The translations under genes were made by a program, and so were the position numbers. Below the pieces are notes generated by a model, which saw only the letters and a list, made by a program, of their open reading frames with translations, had not been told where the DNA came from and searched no databases. Shown here piece after piece: positions 39,792 to 49,418 of a stretch of 64,000 bases of DNA. The DNA lies in assembly GCA_963813715.1 (NCBI GenBank), contig CAWFAK010000017.1, positions 110,230-174,229 of the forward strand, in the 5' to 3' direction. The DNA is from an uncultured Planctomycetaceae bacterium. GTDB lineage: Bacteria > Planctomycetota > Planctomycetia > Planctomycetales > Planctomycetaceae. The first letter of the stretch is position 1. Each line of letters opens with the position of its first letter.

Positions 39792-42377
39792 ATGCCTCGC
39801 AAATCTGACACTCCCGCCGTACCTCCGGCTTCGGCTGCGCCCTCGGCCGCGTAGCTCCGCCCCCCCGTCGACGGTCAGCCGGCCGCGGCTCCGACGCGGC
39901 GAATCGCCCAAGCTCTGGAGCAGTACGAGTGCGGGCCCGTTCGCTTCTCCGGCGACGAGAATGCCTCGTACGAGCGGCACCTGGTCTACGATAACGTCGT
40001 CGATCCCGAGGACGCCGAGCCGCGGCAAAAATTCGAGGCGGTGGCCCGTTCGCTGCGCGACCTGTTGTCGCAGCGATGGATCAAAACGTCCGACACGTAC
40101 GATCGGGCGAACCCCAAGCGCGTCTATTACCTGTCGATGGAGTTCTTGATCGGCCGCTCGCTCACCAACAACATTCACAACTTGCTGGTCGAGCCGATCG
40201 CACAGGAGGCGATGAAGCGGGAGAAACTGGACCTGATGGAGCTGGCCGAAAGCGAGCCCGACGCCGGCTTGGGCAACGGCGGCCTGGGTCGCCTCGCCGC
40301 GTGCTATCTCGATTCCATGGCGACGCTGCAGCTGCCGGCAATCGGCTACGGTCTGCGTTACGAGTACGGCATCTTTCGCCAGGAAATTCGCGACGGCTTT
40401 CAGGTCGAGAGCCCCGACAACTGGCTGCGTCAGCCCGATCCGTGGGAGGTCCCCCGCCCCTCCGAGCAGGTGGAAGTCTGGTCGAACGCCCGGCTCCGCA
40501 TTCAAAACGGCGTCGCGAAGATCGTCGGCGACGCGCCGCATTCGCTCTTTGCCATTCCCTACGATCGCCCGGTCGTCGGCTACGGCGGCAAGACGATCAA
40601 CACTCTCCGCTTGTGGCAAGCCGTCCACCCCGACTACTTCGACCTTCGCGAGTTCGATCGAGGCGACTTCTTCGCCGCCGTGCACGACAAGGTGGCGGCC
40701 GAGAACCTCACCCGCGTCCTCTATCCGGACGATTCCACCTCCGCCGGCCGACGCCTGCGGTTCGCTCAGGAGTATTTTCTCGTCGCGGCGTCGCTGGCCG
40801 ACATCATCCGCCGCTTCCGCCGCTTCAACAGCGACTGGCATGCCCTGCCCGACAAAGTGGCGATCCAGCTCAACGACACGCACCCGTCGCTGGCCGTCGC
40901 CGAACTGATGCGAATCCTCCTCGACGTCGCCCGCCTGGGTTGGGACGAGTCGTGGGATCTCACCGTGCGGACCCTCGCCTACACCAATCACACGCTCTTG
41001 CCCGAGGCGCTCGAAAAGTGGCCCGTCGAGGTGTTCGAGCTGATCGTGCCGCGGCATCTGGAGATCGTCTACGAGATCAATCGGCGATTCCTCGACGATG
41101 TCGCCGCTCAGCACCCCAACGACGACGATCGCGTCCGCCGCATGAGCCTGATCGAAGAAACGCCCGTCCGGCAGGTCCGCATGGCCCACCTGGCGATCCT
41201 CGGCAGCCACAGCACGAACGGCGTCGCGGCGCTCCACTCGGAACTTCTGCGCACGCACACTGTCCGCGACTTCGCCGAGATGTTCCCCGAGCGGTTCAAC
41301 AACAAGACCAACGGCGTCACGCCCCGCCGTTGGCTCGAGCTGGCCAACCCGGCGCTCGCCGCCGTGATTAAAGAGGCGATCGGCGATGGCTGGGTCGGCG
41401 ACCTCTCGCAGCTCACCAAGCTCGCGCCGCTGGGCAATGACAAGGCGTTTCGCGACCGAGTCCGGCAGGCCAAGCGAACGGCGAAAGCCAACTTCGCCAA
41501 GTGGCTGCAAACTTCGACGGGCCAGGTCGTCGATCCCGACACGATCTTCGACAGCCAGATCAAGCGGATTCACGAGTACAAGCGGCAGCTGCTGAACGCG
41601 CTGCACGTGATCGTGCTCTACAACCGCCTTCGCCACGATCCCAAGTTCGATCCGCCGCCGCGGACCGTGTTTTTCGCCGGCAAGGCGGCACCCGCCTACG
41701 CGCTGGCCAAGCTGATCATCAAGTTCATCAACAACGTGGCCGCGACGATCGACGGCGACCCGGCCGCCCGCGGCAAACTTCGCGTCGTCTTCATTCCCGA
41801 TTACAACGTCAGCATTGCCGAGCGGCTGATCCCCGCCAGCGACATCTCCGAACAAATCTCGACGGCCGGCTACGAGGCCAGCGGCACCAGCAACATGAAA
41901 TTCATGATGAACGGTGCGCTCACCGTCGGCACCCGCGACGGCGCCACGATCGAAATGGCCCAGGCGGCCGGCGAGGACAACTTCTTCCTCTTCGGACTGA
42001 CGGCCGAAGAGGTCGCCGCGCGGCGGGGCCACTACGATCCGCACTGGCACTACGACAACGAGCCCGAGACGCGAGAGGCCCTCGACCTGATTTCTTCCGA
42101 TCACTTCAGCCGCTACGAGCCGGGAATCTTCGCCCCCATCCACGAAACGCTGCTGGAGCACGGCGACTTTTACATGCACCTGGCCGACCTCACCGCCTAC
42201 GTGAAGACGCAGACGGCGGCCGGTGCCCTGTATGCCGACGCGGACGCCTGGTTCCGCAAAGTTGTGGCCAACATCGCCAACTCGGGCCGCTTCTCCAGCG
42301 ACCGGGCCATTCAAGAATACGCCGCGGAAATCTGGCACGCACACCCCTGCGCGGTGCCGGCCGCTCCGCCGTCATAA
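39792..42377 (+). CDS. glgP: glycogen/maltodextrin phosphorylase (in-frame TAG at 39852-39854 in the N-terminal extension)
   Basis: Body is conserved from about 39900 (YERHLVY...YYLSMEFLIGRSL...EASGTSNMKFMMNGALTVGTRDGA, carrying the PLP lysine). The only ATG with a good SD (GAGGAG-N6-ATG, 39792) is in the same frame but is followed by TAG 20 codons later. Confidence 0.85.
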
Positions 42378-42429
42378 GAGCGAGTCTGTCGCCAGCGGAC
42401 CCGTGACGCACCTTTAAGAAGGACACATC

Positions 42430-42957
42430 ATGAGACGGTTGACTGCCTTGCTGGCTCTCGTGGGGCTGATTTCCGGCGTGGTTGCCTGGATGACGCCGGC
42501 GTCGGGACTGGCCGAGGGGGAGGCCGCCCCGATTTTCGTAGACAAGGTCCCCGAAGGATATCGCGACTGGAAGTTGATTTCTGTCGCCCACGAAGAAGGG
42601 AATCTTCACAGTTTCGCCGCCGTGTTGGGTAACGACGTCGCGCTCAAGGCAGCTCGCGAGGGGACGCTGCCGTATCCCGATGGCGCGATCGTTGCTGCCT
42701 TGCACTGGCATCACGTTCCGTCAGAGGAAAACAACAAGATCTTTGGACGTTCCCAATCGTTCGTTGCCGGCGCTCCCACGAGCGTTCAGTTCATGGTCAA
42801 GGACTCGAAAAAGTACGCCGCGACGGGAGGCTGGGGTTTCGGTCATTTCAATGGCCGCGAGGAGAAACCTGCCGCAGTGGCGCTGCTTCAAACGTGCTTT
42901 CCTTGCCATCAGAAGATCAAATCTCGCGACTTGGTCTTCACCCGGTACGCGCCTTGA
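42430..42957 (+). CDS. cytochrome P460 family protein (secreted haem protein)
   Basis: Signal peptide, [20 protein letters not shown], haem motif CFPCH and C-terminal DLVFTRYAP. Confidence 0.8.
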   Translation: MRRLTALLALVGLISGVVAWMTPASGLAEGEAAPIFVDKVPEGYRDWKLISVAHEEGNLHSFAAVLGNDVALKAAREGTLPYPDGAIVAALHWHHVPSEENNKIFGRSQSFVAGAPTSVQFMVKDSKKYAATGGWGFGHFNGREEKPAAVALLQTCFPCHQKIKSRDLVFTRYAP

Positions 42958-42977
42958 CGGCTGCGTCAGGAGGACAC

Positions 42978-44618
42978 GTGTCTCTTTCGCCTCTGGCCGG
43001 CAAAGCGGCCCCGCAAAGCTTGCTCATCGACGTCGCCGCGCTCGAGCGCGAATACGCCACTCGCACTCCCGATCTCGCCGACCCGAATCAAAAGGTGAGC
43101 TTCGGCACGAGCGGCCACCGCGGCACGCCGCGCAACGGCTCTTTCACCGACGCGCACATCGCCGCCATCACGCAAGCCATTTGCGAATACCGCCACGAGC
43201 AGAAGATCGACGGCCCCGTTTACATGGGGAAGGACACGCACGCCCTCTCCGGCCCCGCCCAGCGCACGGCGCTCGAAGTGCTGGCCGCGAACGACGTCGA
43301 GACGATCATCCAGCGCGACGACGGCGTCACGCCGACCCCCGTCATCTCGCGGGCGATCATTGTCTACAACCGCGGCAGGAAAGAGCGCCTGGCCGACGGC
43401 ATCATCATCACCCCCTCGCACAATCCGCCTGAGGACGGCGGCTTTAAGTACAACCCGCCCAACGGCGGCCCGGCCGACACCGACGTCACCAGCTGGATCG
43501 AGAACCGCGCCAACGCCCTCTTGCGTGAGAGAAACGCGGGCGTCAAACGCGTTCCGTTTTCCTCCGCGATCAAAGCCGCCACGACGCATCAGGAAGATTT
43601 TTGCCTCCCGTACGTGCAGGATCTCAAGAACGTCGTCGACATGGCGGCGATCAAGAGCGCCGGCCTGAAGCTGGGCGTCGATCCGCTCGGCGGCGCGGCC
43701 GTCCATTACTGGGGACCGATCTGCGAAATCTACGGCCTCGACGTCACCGTCACGAACCCGGCCGTCGATCCGACGTTCTCCTTCATGACGGTCGACCACG
43801 ACGGCAAGATCCGGATGGATTGCTCCAGCCCTTACGCAATGGCCCGGCTCGTCGGCCTCAAGGACAAATTCCGCGTCGCTTTTGCCAACGACCCCGATTC
43901 CGATCGCCACGGCATCGTCAGCCCGTCGGTCGGCCTGCTCAATCCGAACCACTTCCTGGCGGTCGCCATCGACTACCTGCTCGCGCATCGCCCCAATTGG
44001 CCACAGGCCGCGGCCGTCGGCAAAACGCTCGTCAGCAGCAGCCTGATCGATCGCGTCGTCGCTCGACAGCAGCGCCGCCTCAACGAAGTCCCCGTCGGCT
44101 TTAAATGGTTCGCCCCGGGACTTTTCGACGGCACCTGCTGCTTCGGCGGCGAGGAGAGCGCCGGCGCGAGCTTTCTGCGGCTCGACGGCACGGTCTGGAC
44201 CACCGACAAGGACGGCCCGATCATGGATCTCCTGGCGGCCGAGATCACCGCCGTCACCGGCAAAGACCCCGGCGAACACGTGACGCGGCTCACAGCCGAG
44301 TTCGGCACCCCCTACTACACCCGCATCGACGCCCCGGCCACGCCCGAGCAAAAGGCAAAACTCAAGAACCTCTCGCCCGAAGCAGTTCGCACCGAGACGC
44401 TGGCCGGCGAACCGATCGTCGCTCGCCTGACGCGGGCGCCTGGCAACAACGCGCCGATCGGCGGCCTCAAGGTCACCACCAAAACCGGCTGGTTCGCCGC
44501 CCGCCCCTCCGGCACCGAAAACGTCTACAAGATCTACGCCGAAAGTTTCACGAGCCAGAGCAGGCTCGACCAGATCGTCGCCGAAGCCCAACAAATCGTG
44601 AACGCCGCCCTCGCGTGA
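42978..44618 (+). CDS. pgm: phosphoglucomutase (alpha-D-glucose-1-phosphate specific)
   Basis: 546 aa from a GTG preceded by [15 protein letters not shown] (active-site Ser), [27 protein letters not shown] and GEESAGASF. Confidence 0.9.
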   Translation: MSLSPLAGKAAPQSLLIDVAALEREYATRTPDLADPNQKVSFGTSGHRGTPRNGSFTDAHIAAITQAICEYRHEQKIDGPVYMGKDTHALSGPAQRTALEVLAANDVETIIQRDDGVTPTPVISRAIIVYNRGRKERLADGIIITPSHNPPEDGGFKYNPPNGGPADTDVTSWIENRANALLRERNAGVKRVPFSSAIKAATTHQEDFCLPYVQDLKNVVDMAAIKSAGLKLGVDPLGGAAVHYWGPICEIYGLDVTVTNPAVDPTFSFMTVDHDGKIRMDCSSPYAMARLVGLKDKFRVAFANDPDSDRHGIVSPSVGLLNPNHFLAVAIDYLLAHRPNWPQAAAVGKTLVSSSLIDRVVARQQRRLNEVPVGFKWFAPGLFDGTCCFGGEESAGASFLRLDGTVWTTDKDGPIMDLLAAEITAVTGKDPGEHVTRLTAEFGTPYYTRIDAPATPEQKAKLKNLSPEAVRTETLAGEPIVARLTRAPGNNAPIGGLKVTTKTGWFAARPSGTENVYKIYAESFTSQSRLDQIVAEAQQIVNAALA

Positions 44619-44683
44619 CCGCTCCGCGGTTTGGCATTTTGAACATATAGCCGGCTCCAATCGCACCTTCCGCGAGACGCCGA

Positions 44684-45347
44684 ATGGCACGAGAAAAAGT
44701 CGTCTTCCTCGTCGACATCGACAACACGCTCCTGGACAACGACCGCATCCAGGCCGACCTCAAGGAGCACATCGAACGCGAATTCGGCCCCGGCCCGCGC
44801 GACCGCTATTGGGCGATTCTGGAACGCCTGTTCGACACGCTCGGCTACCGCGACTACCTGGGCGCCCTGCAGCAATACCGCGTCGAAAACCCGCACGAAG
44901 TGAAGCTCTTGGCCCTGTCGTTCTGGCTGGTCGACTACCCGTTCGCCAAAGTTCTCTACCCCGGAGCGCTCGAAGTCCTGACAGCGCCTCAAGTCCCACG
45001 CACCGACGGTGATACTCTCCGACGGCGACGTCGTCTTCCAGCCCCGCAAAGCCCAGCAAGCGGGCATCTGGGCCACCGTCGACGGCCACGTGCTGATCTA
45101 CATCCACAAGGAACAAGAGCTGGAAGACGTCGAACGCCGCTACCCGGCCGACCACTACGTCCTGATCGACGACAAGCCGCGGATCCTCACCGCCGTCAAA
45201 AAAATCTGGGGCCCCCGCGTGACCACCGTCTTCCCCAAGCAGGGAATGTACGCCCACGATGCCGAGGCGCTCGCCGCCAATCCGTCGCCCGATGTCACGA
45301 TCGACCACCTCGGCGACCTACTCTCGCTCAATCTGGCGAGGCTGTGA
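44684..45347 (+). CDS. HAD-superfamily hydrolase, frameshift at about 44975 as assembled
   Basis: FLVDIDNTLLDN (HAD motif I) in the first frame. ...HAPTVILSDGDVVFQPRK...LIDDKPRIL (motifs III/IV) in the frame of ORF 45009-45347. Confidence 0.7.
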
Positions 45348-45391
45348 GGCCGGCGACAATCTCTGCCCGACCGAGCGCGCGAGCGGCGAGA

Positions 45392-46546
45392 TCAGATTCC
45401 CGTCGAAGTGCCGGCCGGGGCCTTCGTCGGCGCGGGGCCGTGGGACGGCGTGGAGGAGGGAGGTTGAGGCTTGCAAGCCGCTTCAAACTTCTCCAGCGAC
45501 CGCTGCAATATCGACCCCAGCCCTCGTTGAAACGGGGCATTCTCTTGTGTCTGCTCCAGGGCCTCCTTTTCGAGCGTCACGGCTTCCTGGGGATTGCCGG
45601 TTTGGAAATGCGCTTCTGCCGCCGTGTCCAGAAACTCAGCCGAGCGACGCAGTGTGATGGCGTGTGTCGCCAATTCGAAGCCACGCTGGGGATTGTGGAC
45701 GGCAGGGTCCTTCGTCGTCAGATAGAGCCACGCCAAATTGTTCAGCGTCAGCGCATCCTCCGGCTGATACGCCAGAAGCAGTTCGTAGGCCAGGCTGGCT
45801 TTTTGATCGTTCTGCAAGCGCGCTTCCGACACAGCCCAATTGCGGAGGAGTGCCTCTTTCGGCGGTTGACTTTCTACGACTCTGGGCTTCTCCCGCGCCG
45901 CTTGCTCGGGGCTGACGTCCTTGCGCGGGGGGCTGACGTCCTTGCCATTACGCTGGACGAACTTCTCGACCGGGCTGTAAGACGCGTAACCGGCAAAGAA
46001 GAGCGCAACTGCGGCAAAAATCTCGAGAGTCAGGCGGCGTCCGCGGCGCGAGTTCGAGTCGGCTGGCTGGACAGCCACCGACAGAAACGGCCCCTCGTCC
46101 GCAAATTCGTTCGCCAACGGTTCCGCATCCCAGAGCCCATCCGCCGCGGCAAGAGGCGGTGCCTCCCACGCCGGGTCGGCGGCGATCGGCACCTTCGTGA
46201 TCGTCGAGCGAGCCACGTTCTCCGAGATGGTCCGCAGGTCGCGCTGGACCTGCTCGGACAATTCGAGCCGCGCCTCGACTGGCATCGCAGCCAGCCGGCT
46301 GGTCACGTCTTCCAGCCGCACAATCGTCTCGCGGACGCCCACGTCCTCGCTATTCGGATCGCCATAACGGGCGGCGTAAAATCCAATGCTCAACTGCTCG
46401 GCGGTTGCGGCGTCGATGACCCCTCGAGCCACGAGGACCGTCACGTACTCGCTGAAGAGCACGTTCGCGGGACGGCCCAGACCGAAGGCCGCCAATTCCG
46501 AAAGACGCATTTCCAGTGCGTTCGACGCTCCAACACTTGCTGCCAT
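45392..46546 (-). CDS. membrane-anchored TPR-repeat protein
   Basis: 384 aa. Central TM (LEIFAAVALFFAGYASY), C-terminal TPR-like helices (ASLAYELLLAYQPEDALTLNNLAWLYL...AEAHFQTGNPQEA) and an in-frame 21-nt tandem duplication. Confidence 0.6.
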   Translation of the reverse strand: MAASVGASNALEMRLSELAAFGLGRPANVLFSEYVTVLVARGVIDAATAEQLSIGFYAARYGDPNSEDVGVRETIVRLEDVTSRLAAMPVEARLELSEQVQRDLRTISENVARSTITKVPIAADPAWEAPPLAAADGLWDAEPLANEFADEGPFLSVAVQPADSNSRRGRRLTLEIFAAVALFFAGYASYSPVEKFVQRNGKDVSPPRKDVSPEQAAREKPRVVESQPPKEALLRNWAVSEARLQNDQKASLAYELLLAYQPEDALTLNNLAWLYLTTKDPAVHNPQRGFELATHAITLRRSAEFLDTAAEAHFQTGNPQEAVTLEKEALEQTQENAPFQRGLGSILQRSLEKFEAACKPQPPSSTPSHGPAPTKAPAGTSTGI

Positions 46547-46734
46547 GCACGCGACTCCCGATTGTGCGGTCGAAATCGTGTTGCGCTGGTTTTAGCTTCG
46601 CGGCCGAAAAAAATCGACCACCAGAGGGTCAAGCGCGTTGCCGAAGCCCAGACAAATATTTTGCCATCTCCCGGGTCGTAAACCACGCCAAGGGCTCAAT
46701 GTTTTGCGTTTCTGCGGCACTTTCTGAGCTGTCC

Positions 46735-46750
46735 TGTGAGTCTGCTCACA
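46735..46750. promoter_or_regulatory. perfect CRP/FNR-type palindrome TGTGA-N6-TCACA in a divergent intergenic region
   Basis: tgtgagtctgctcaca read directly. Lies 190 nt upstream of the minus-strand TPR gene and 345 nt upstream of the plus-strand membrane protein gene. Confidence 0.3.
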
Positions 46751-47094
46751 ATTTCGCAGCGCTGGGGCTTCGCTGCGCACTTAAGGAAATCTGGATTCAG
46801 CGTCATCCGGCAGAGCGACCCGAGTGTCCCGCACCGGCTTGAAATGCCCAGCGCGTCTTGCGATGCTGCCGGCGCTACTCTCGAAGCAATCCAGCAGGAA
46901 CGCTCGTGCGAGAACTGAATCAACTGCGAATGCCGTCGTCGATCAGGCTGGGGGAGGACGCCTGAGCCAGCCGCAAGAGGCGGCCGACGGCGAGAATCTC
47001 GTTCGCTCTTGAACCTCTTGTCGCGGCGCGAGACAGAGCGAAAGATCGACGCCCGAAACGTGGCAACGGCGCTGGGCGGCGGAGATTTTGATCG

Positions 47095-47514
47095 ATGGAT
47101 GTTCCTGCACGGCACCTGTTGTTGCATGCGGTGATCGTCTACCTCGTCGGCCTCCTCGCGGGGTTCCCGTACGGTGCCGCGATCAATCGCGGCGACTCTG
47201 AGGAGCGGATCCGAGCGTGGCGACTGGCGCATGGGAGCCTGGTCGTTGGGGCGACAATGATGGTCGCGATCGCCGCCGTTCTTTCGCAGCTCAGCGTCGG
47301 GTCTCTCGCCCGCTGGTTGATCGCCGGTTCCTCGATCGCATCAGGCTATGGATTCGCCCTCGCCCTGCCAGTCGCCGCCTGGGTAGGCCAGCGTGGTCTT
47401 ACGGCCTCCGGGCCGCTGTCGAACCGATTCGTCTTCGCGGGCAACAGCCTGGGAGTCTTGGCCTCCTTGCTCAGTGCCGTCGTTTTGCTCTATGCGTGCT
47501 GGATGTCCCTCTGA
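47095..47514 (+). CDS. hypothetical polytopic membrane protein (139 aa)
   Basis: Four hydrophobic helices (LLLHAVIVYLVGLLAG, LVVGATMMVAIAAVL, WLIAGSSIASGYGFALALPVAAW, LGVLASLLSAVVLLYA). Confidence 0.5.
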   Translation: MDVPARHLLLHAVIVYLVGLLAGFPYGAAINRGDSEERIRAWRLAHGSLVVGATMMVAIAAVLSQLSVGSLARWLIAGSSIASGYGFALALPVAAWVGQRGLTASGPLSNRFVFAGNSLGVLASLLSAVVLLYACWMSL

Positions 47515-48351
47515 CATCGAGGACCAGTCGAGCCTGCTGCGCCGCTCGCGCTTAAACCGTCGCCAGCTCGTGCGCCCCGGCGCCGCCGGAATATGCTGAC
47601 GCAGCGCTTCCTCCAATTGCTCCCGCGCGCTTTCCGACAGCGACGGCAGGTCGTACGACATGCGCTGGGCAACCGGCGTATTCGGGTACCGCACGTTCAA
47701 GTGCAGCGTCGACCCATTGTCGCGATCGCTGATGTGAAACCGCTCGATCTGGTCCCAGACGTAAATCCGCATGGTGCGCAGCCGTGAATTTGGCTCGCGC
47801 ACGTCACTCTTCGTCACCCAGGGACGCGTCGGATCGGTGAGGCGGAACAGTCCCTCGCCGGCGATCAGCAGACGCCACGTCGAGTTCTTAAAGCCCACCC
47901 ATTTCAAGGCGACGTATCCCAGCAACTCGAGAAAATGCCGGCTGATCTGCCAGACCGCCGCCGCTCTCGTGCCCGGCTCGGTATCGTCGAGGGTCGCGTA
48001 GGCGTAGGCACCGAACCCAATCAGAAGCACGCCACCCGCAAACTGGTACACCCTGCGGGTCCACCGGGGTGAAATGCTGCCGCTGTAACCGCACCCCACC
48101 AGCACCATGTCGATCGGCCCAATCTCGGACAGCCGCCACAGCCGAGTGCGAACGTGACCCAAGTGGACCAGGCCCGCCGCGCCTGCGCTGAGCGGCAAGG
48201 CGGCGAGTGCTCCCCACCACCCGAAAAACTCGGCCAAGATCGCTGCAACGAACAGGCTCAGCAGGAGCCACACCGCCCAATCGGCCGGATGTTCGTCAAC
48301 GGCGGCAGTAGATTGCGGCGTCGCCATTTCGCGGCTCGTGCTCGTTCCCAT
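47341..48351 (-). CDS. hypothetical membrane protein; 3' end uncertain
   Basis: 336-aa ORF with N-terminal TM helices and a soluble C-terminal domain (RIYVWDQIERFHISDRDNGSTLHLNV). The last 60 or so codons are hydrophilic low-complexity and overlap the convergent gene. Confidence 0.45.
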   Translation of the reverse strand: MGTSTSREMATPQSTAAVDEHPADWAVWLLLSLFVAAILAEFFGWWGALAALPLSAGAAGLVHLGHVRTRLWRLSEIGPIDMVLVGCGYSGSISPRWTRRVYQFAGGVLLIGFGAYAYATLDDTEPGTRAAAVWQISRHFLELLGYVALKWVGFKNSTWRLLIAGEGLFRLTDPTRPWVTKSDVREPNSRLRTMRIYVWDQIERFHISDRDNGSTLHLNVRYPNTPVAQRMSYDLPSLSESAREQLEEALRQHIPAAPGRTSWRRFKRERRSRLDWSSMSEGHPARIEQNDGTEQGGQDSQAVAREDESVRQRPGGRKTTLAYPGGDWQGEGESIA

Positions 48352-48536
48352 TCGTCAGACGCGTCGTTGATTATAGCCAGCAGAGCGAGTGTCCTATCAA
48401 ATCGAAGACATGCCCACGCGGAGCCGTGAGACTGTCGGGGATTCAGAGGGACGATTTTGCCCTCGTTCCCGAGCGGAGAACTATGGCACCCCGCTCTTAG
48501 TCTTGAGGCCCAACGGGCTGAGATCTTCTTTCCTGA

Positions 48537-48579
48537 GCCCCAGCGGGGCGACAGAGAATCGCCCAGGGTTAACCCTGGG
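48537..48579 (-). repeat. REP/MITE-like element, family 1 (CGCCCC-N4-GGGGCG hairpin plus CCCAGGGTT/AACCCTGGG hairpin), inverted copy
   Basis: gccccagcggggcgacagagaatcgcccagggttaaccctggg. Its reverse complement matches 48700-48757. Confidence 0.6.
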
Positions 48580-48654
48580 ATCCTGGACGGCGGATTCCGT
48601 CCTGCGAGGGGCGGCAGTCTGTTAGCCCGACTCTCGCTGGCTCGTGGGAAAAAA

Positions 48655-48757
48655 CTCTGTCGCCCCTGCCGGGGCTCGAAGATCTTTTGCAGGAAGGCTC
48701 GTGTTACCCAGGGTTGAAAACCCTGGGCTATTCTCTGTCGCCCCTTGGCGGGGCGTA
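48655..48757 (+). repeat. REP/MITE-like element, family 1, forward copies
   Basis: ctctgtcgcccctgccggggctcgaagatct ... cccagggttgaaaaccctgggctattctctgtcgccccttggcggggcg. Confidence 0.6.
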
Positions 48758-48921
48758 GATTCAGAATCGATACGCCAGCCCAGTCGCTGCCGACGCCGCG
48801 GGCGTCAGATCCTGGATTCCGCGGAAACTGATCTTGGACGAATCTCATTTTTGTGGCTGAATGGAGAGAGCGGATCTCGACGCGAGCGGTTTTGTGCGCG
48901 CGGATGGCGCCCGCTGGGACG

Positions 48922-48956
48922 AAAAAGGATCCCCGACGGGGTGGGGATCCTTTTTT
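48922..48956. terminator. bidirectional intrinsic-terminator-like hairpin AAAAAGGATCCCC-N8-GGGGATCCTTTTTT
   Basis: Perfect 13-nt arms read directly. A third copy of the arm (AAAAAGATCCCC, 48970-48981) can pair alternatively with the middle arm. Confidence 0.5.
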
Positions 48957-49146
48957 CACACACATGGAGAAAAAGATCCCCGTCAGCGTCGGCGAGCCGA
49001 GCGGACCGGTCGAAATCCGGTCCGGACACTTTCGCCGACAGGGGCTAAGTACTTTCACGGGGGGTTGGGTCACAATTGTTTTCTCTGTAGATGACACACG
49101 AGATTCGTGACCCACCGCCGATCGCACGTCGGGACGGGACACGCGG

Positions 49147-49304
49147 GAGTCCAAGGTCCAAAGTCCAAGTCCAAGGTCGAAGATCAGAGGCTCGCAATCC
49201 TGACTTTGGACTTTGGACCGGGGGACTTTGGACCAACACCGGGACGGGACACGTTGTTTCACCGAGAAATGCCCGAGGAATTGGCCCTCACCCCGGCCCT
49301 CTCC
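49147..49304 (+). repeat. composite repeat, family 2, copy A (GTCCAAGG/CTTTGGAC hairpin module plus GGGACGGGACACGTTGTTTCACCGAGAAA module plus CCCTCACCCC...CCCTCTCC module)
   Basis: Near-identical to 49652-49761 by direct reading. The 3' part also matches 49517-49582. Confidence 0.7.
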
Positions 49305-49418
49305 GGCTCGACTGGGCTCGCCGAAGTCCATCCGAGGCGGACGGGCGAGGGGATGGCTCGGAGCGAGACAGGACACGTCCGCGATCGGGTCCCAACGATC
49401 AATTCACTGACGGATTTG

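Noticed and set aside
37345-44690. Minus-strand ORFs of 804, 894 and 574 aa (37345-39759, 39660-42344, 42966-44690).
   Set aside because: They are exact shadows of xfp, glgP and pgm, which have unambiguous family motifs. The shadow translations have none.
45348-46681. Continuation of the 665-aa plus-strand ORF beyond the HAD hydrolase.
   Set aside because: The HAD protein finishes in another frame at 45347. The remainder is antisense to the TPR protein gene and is low-complexity.
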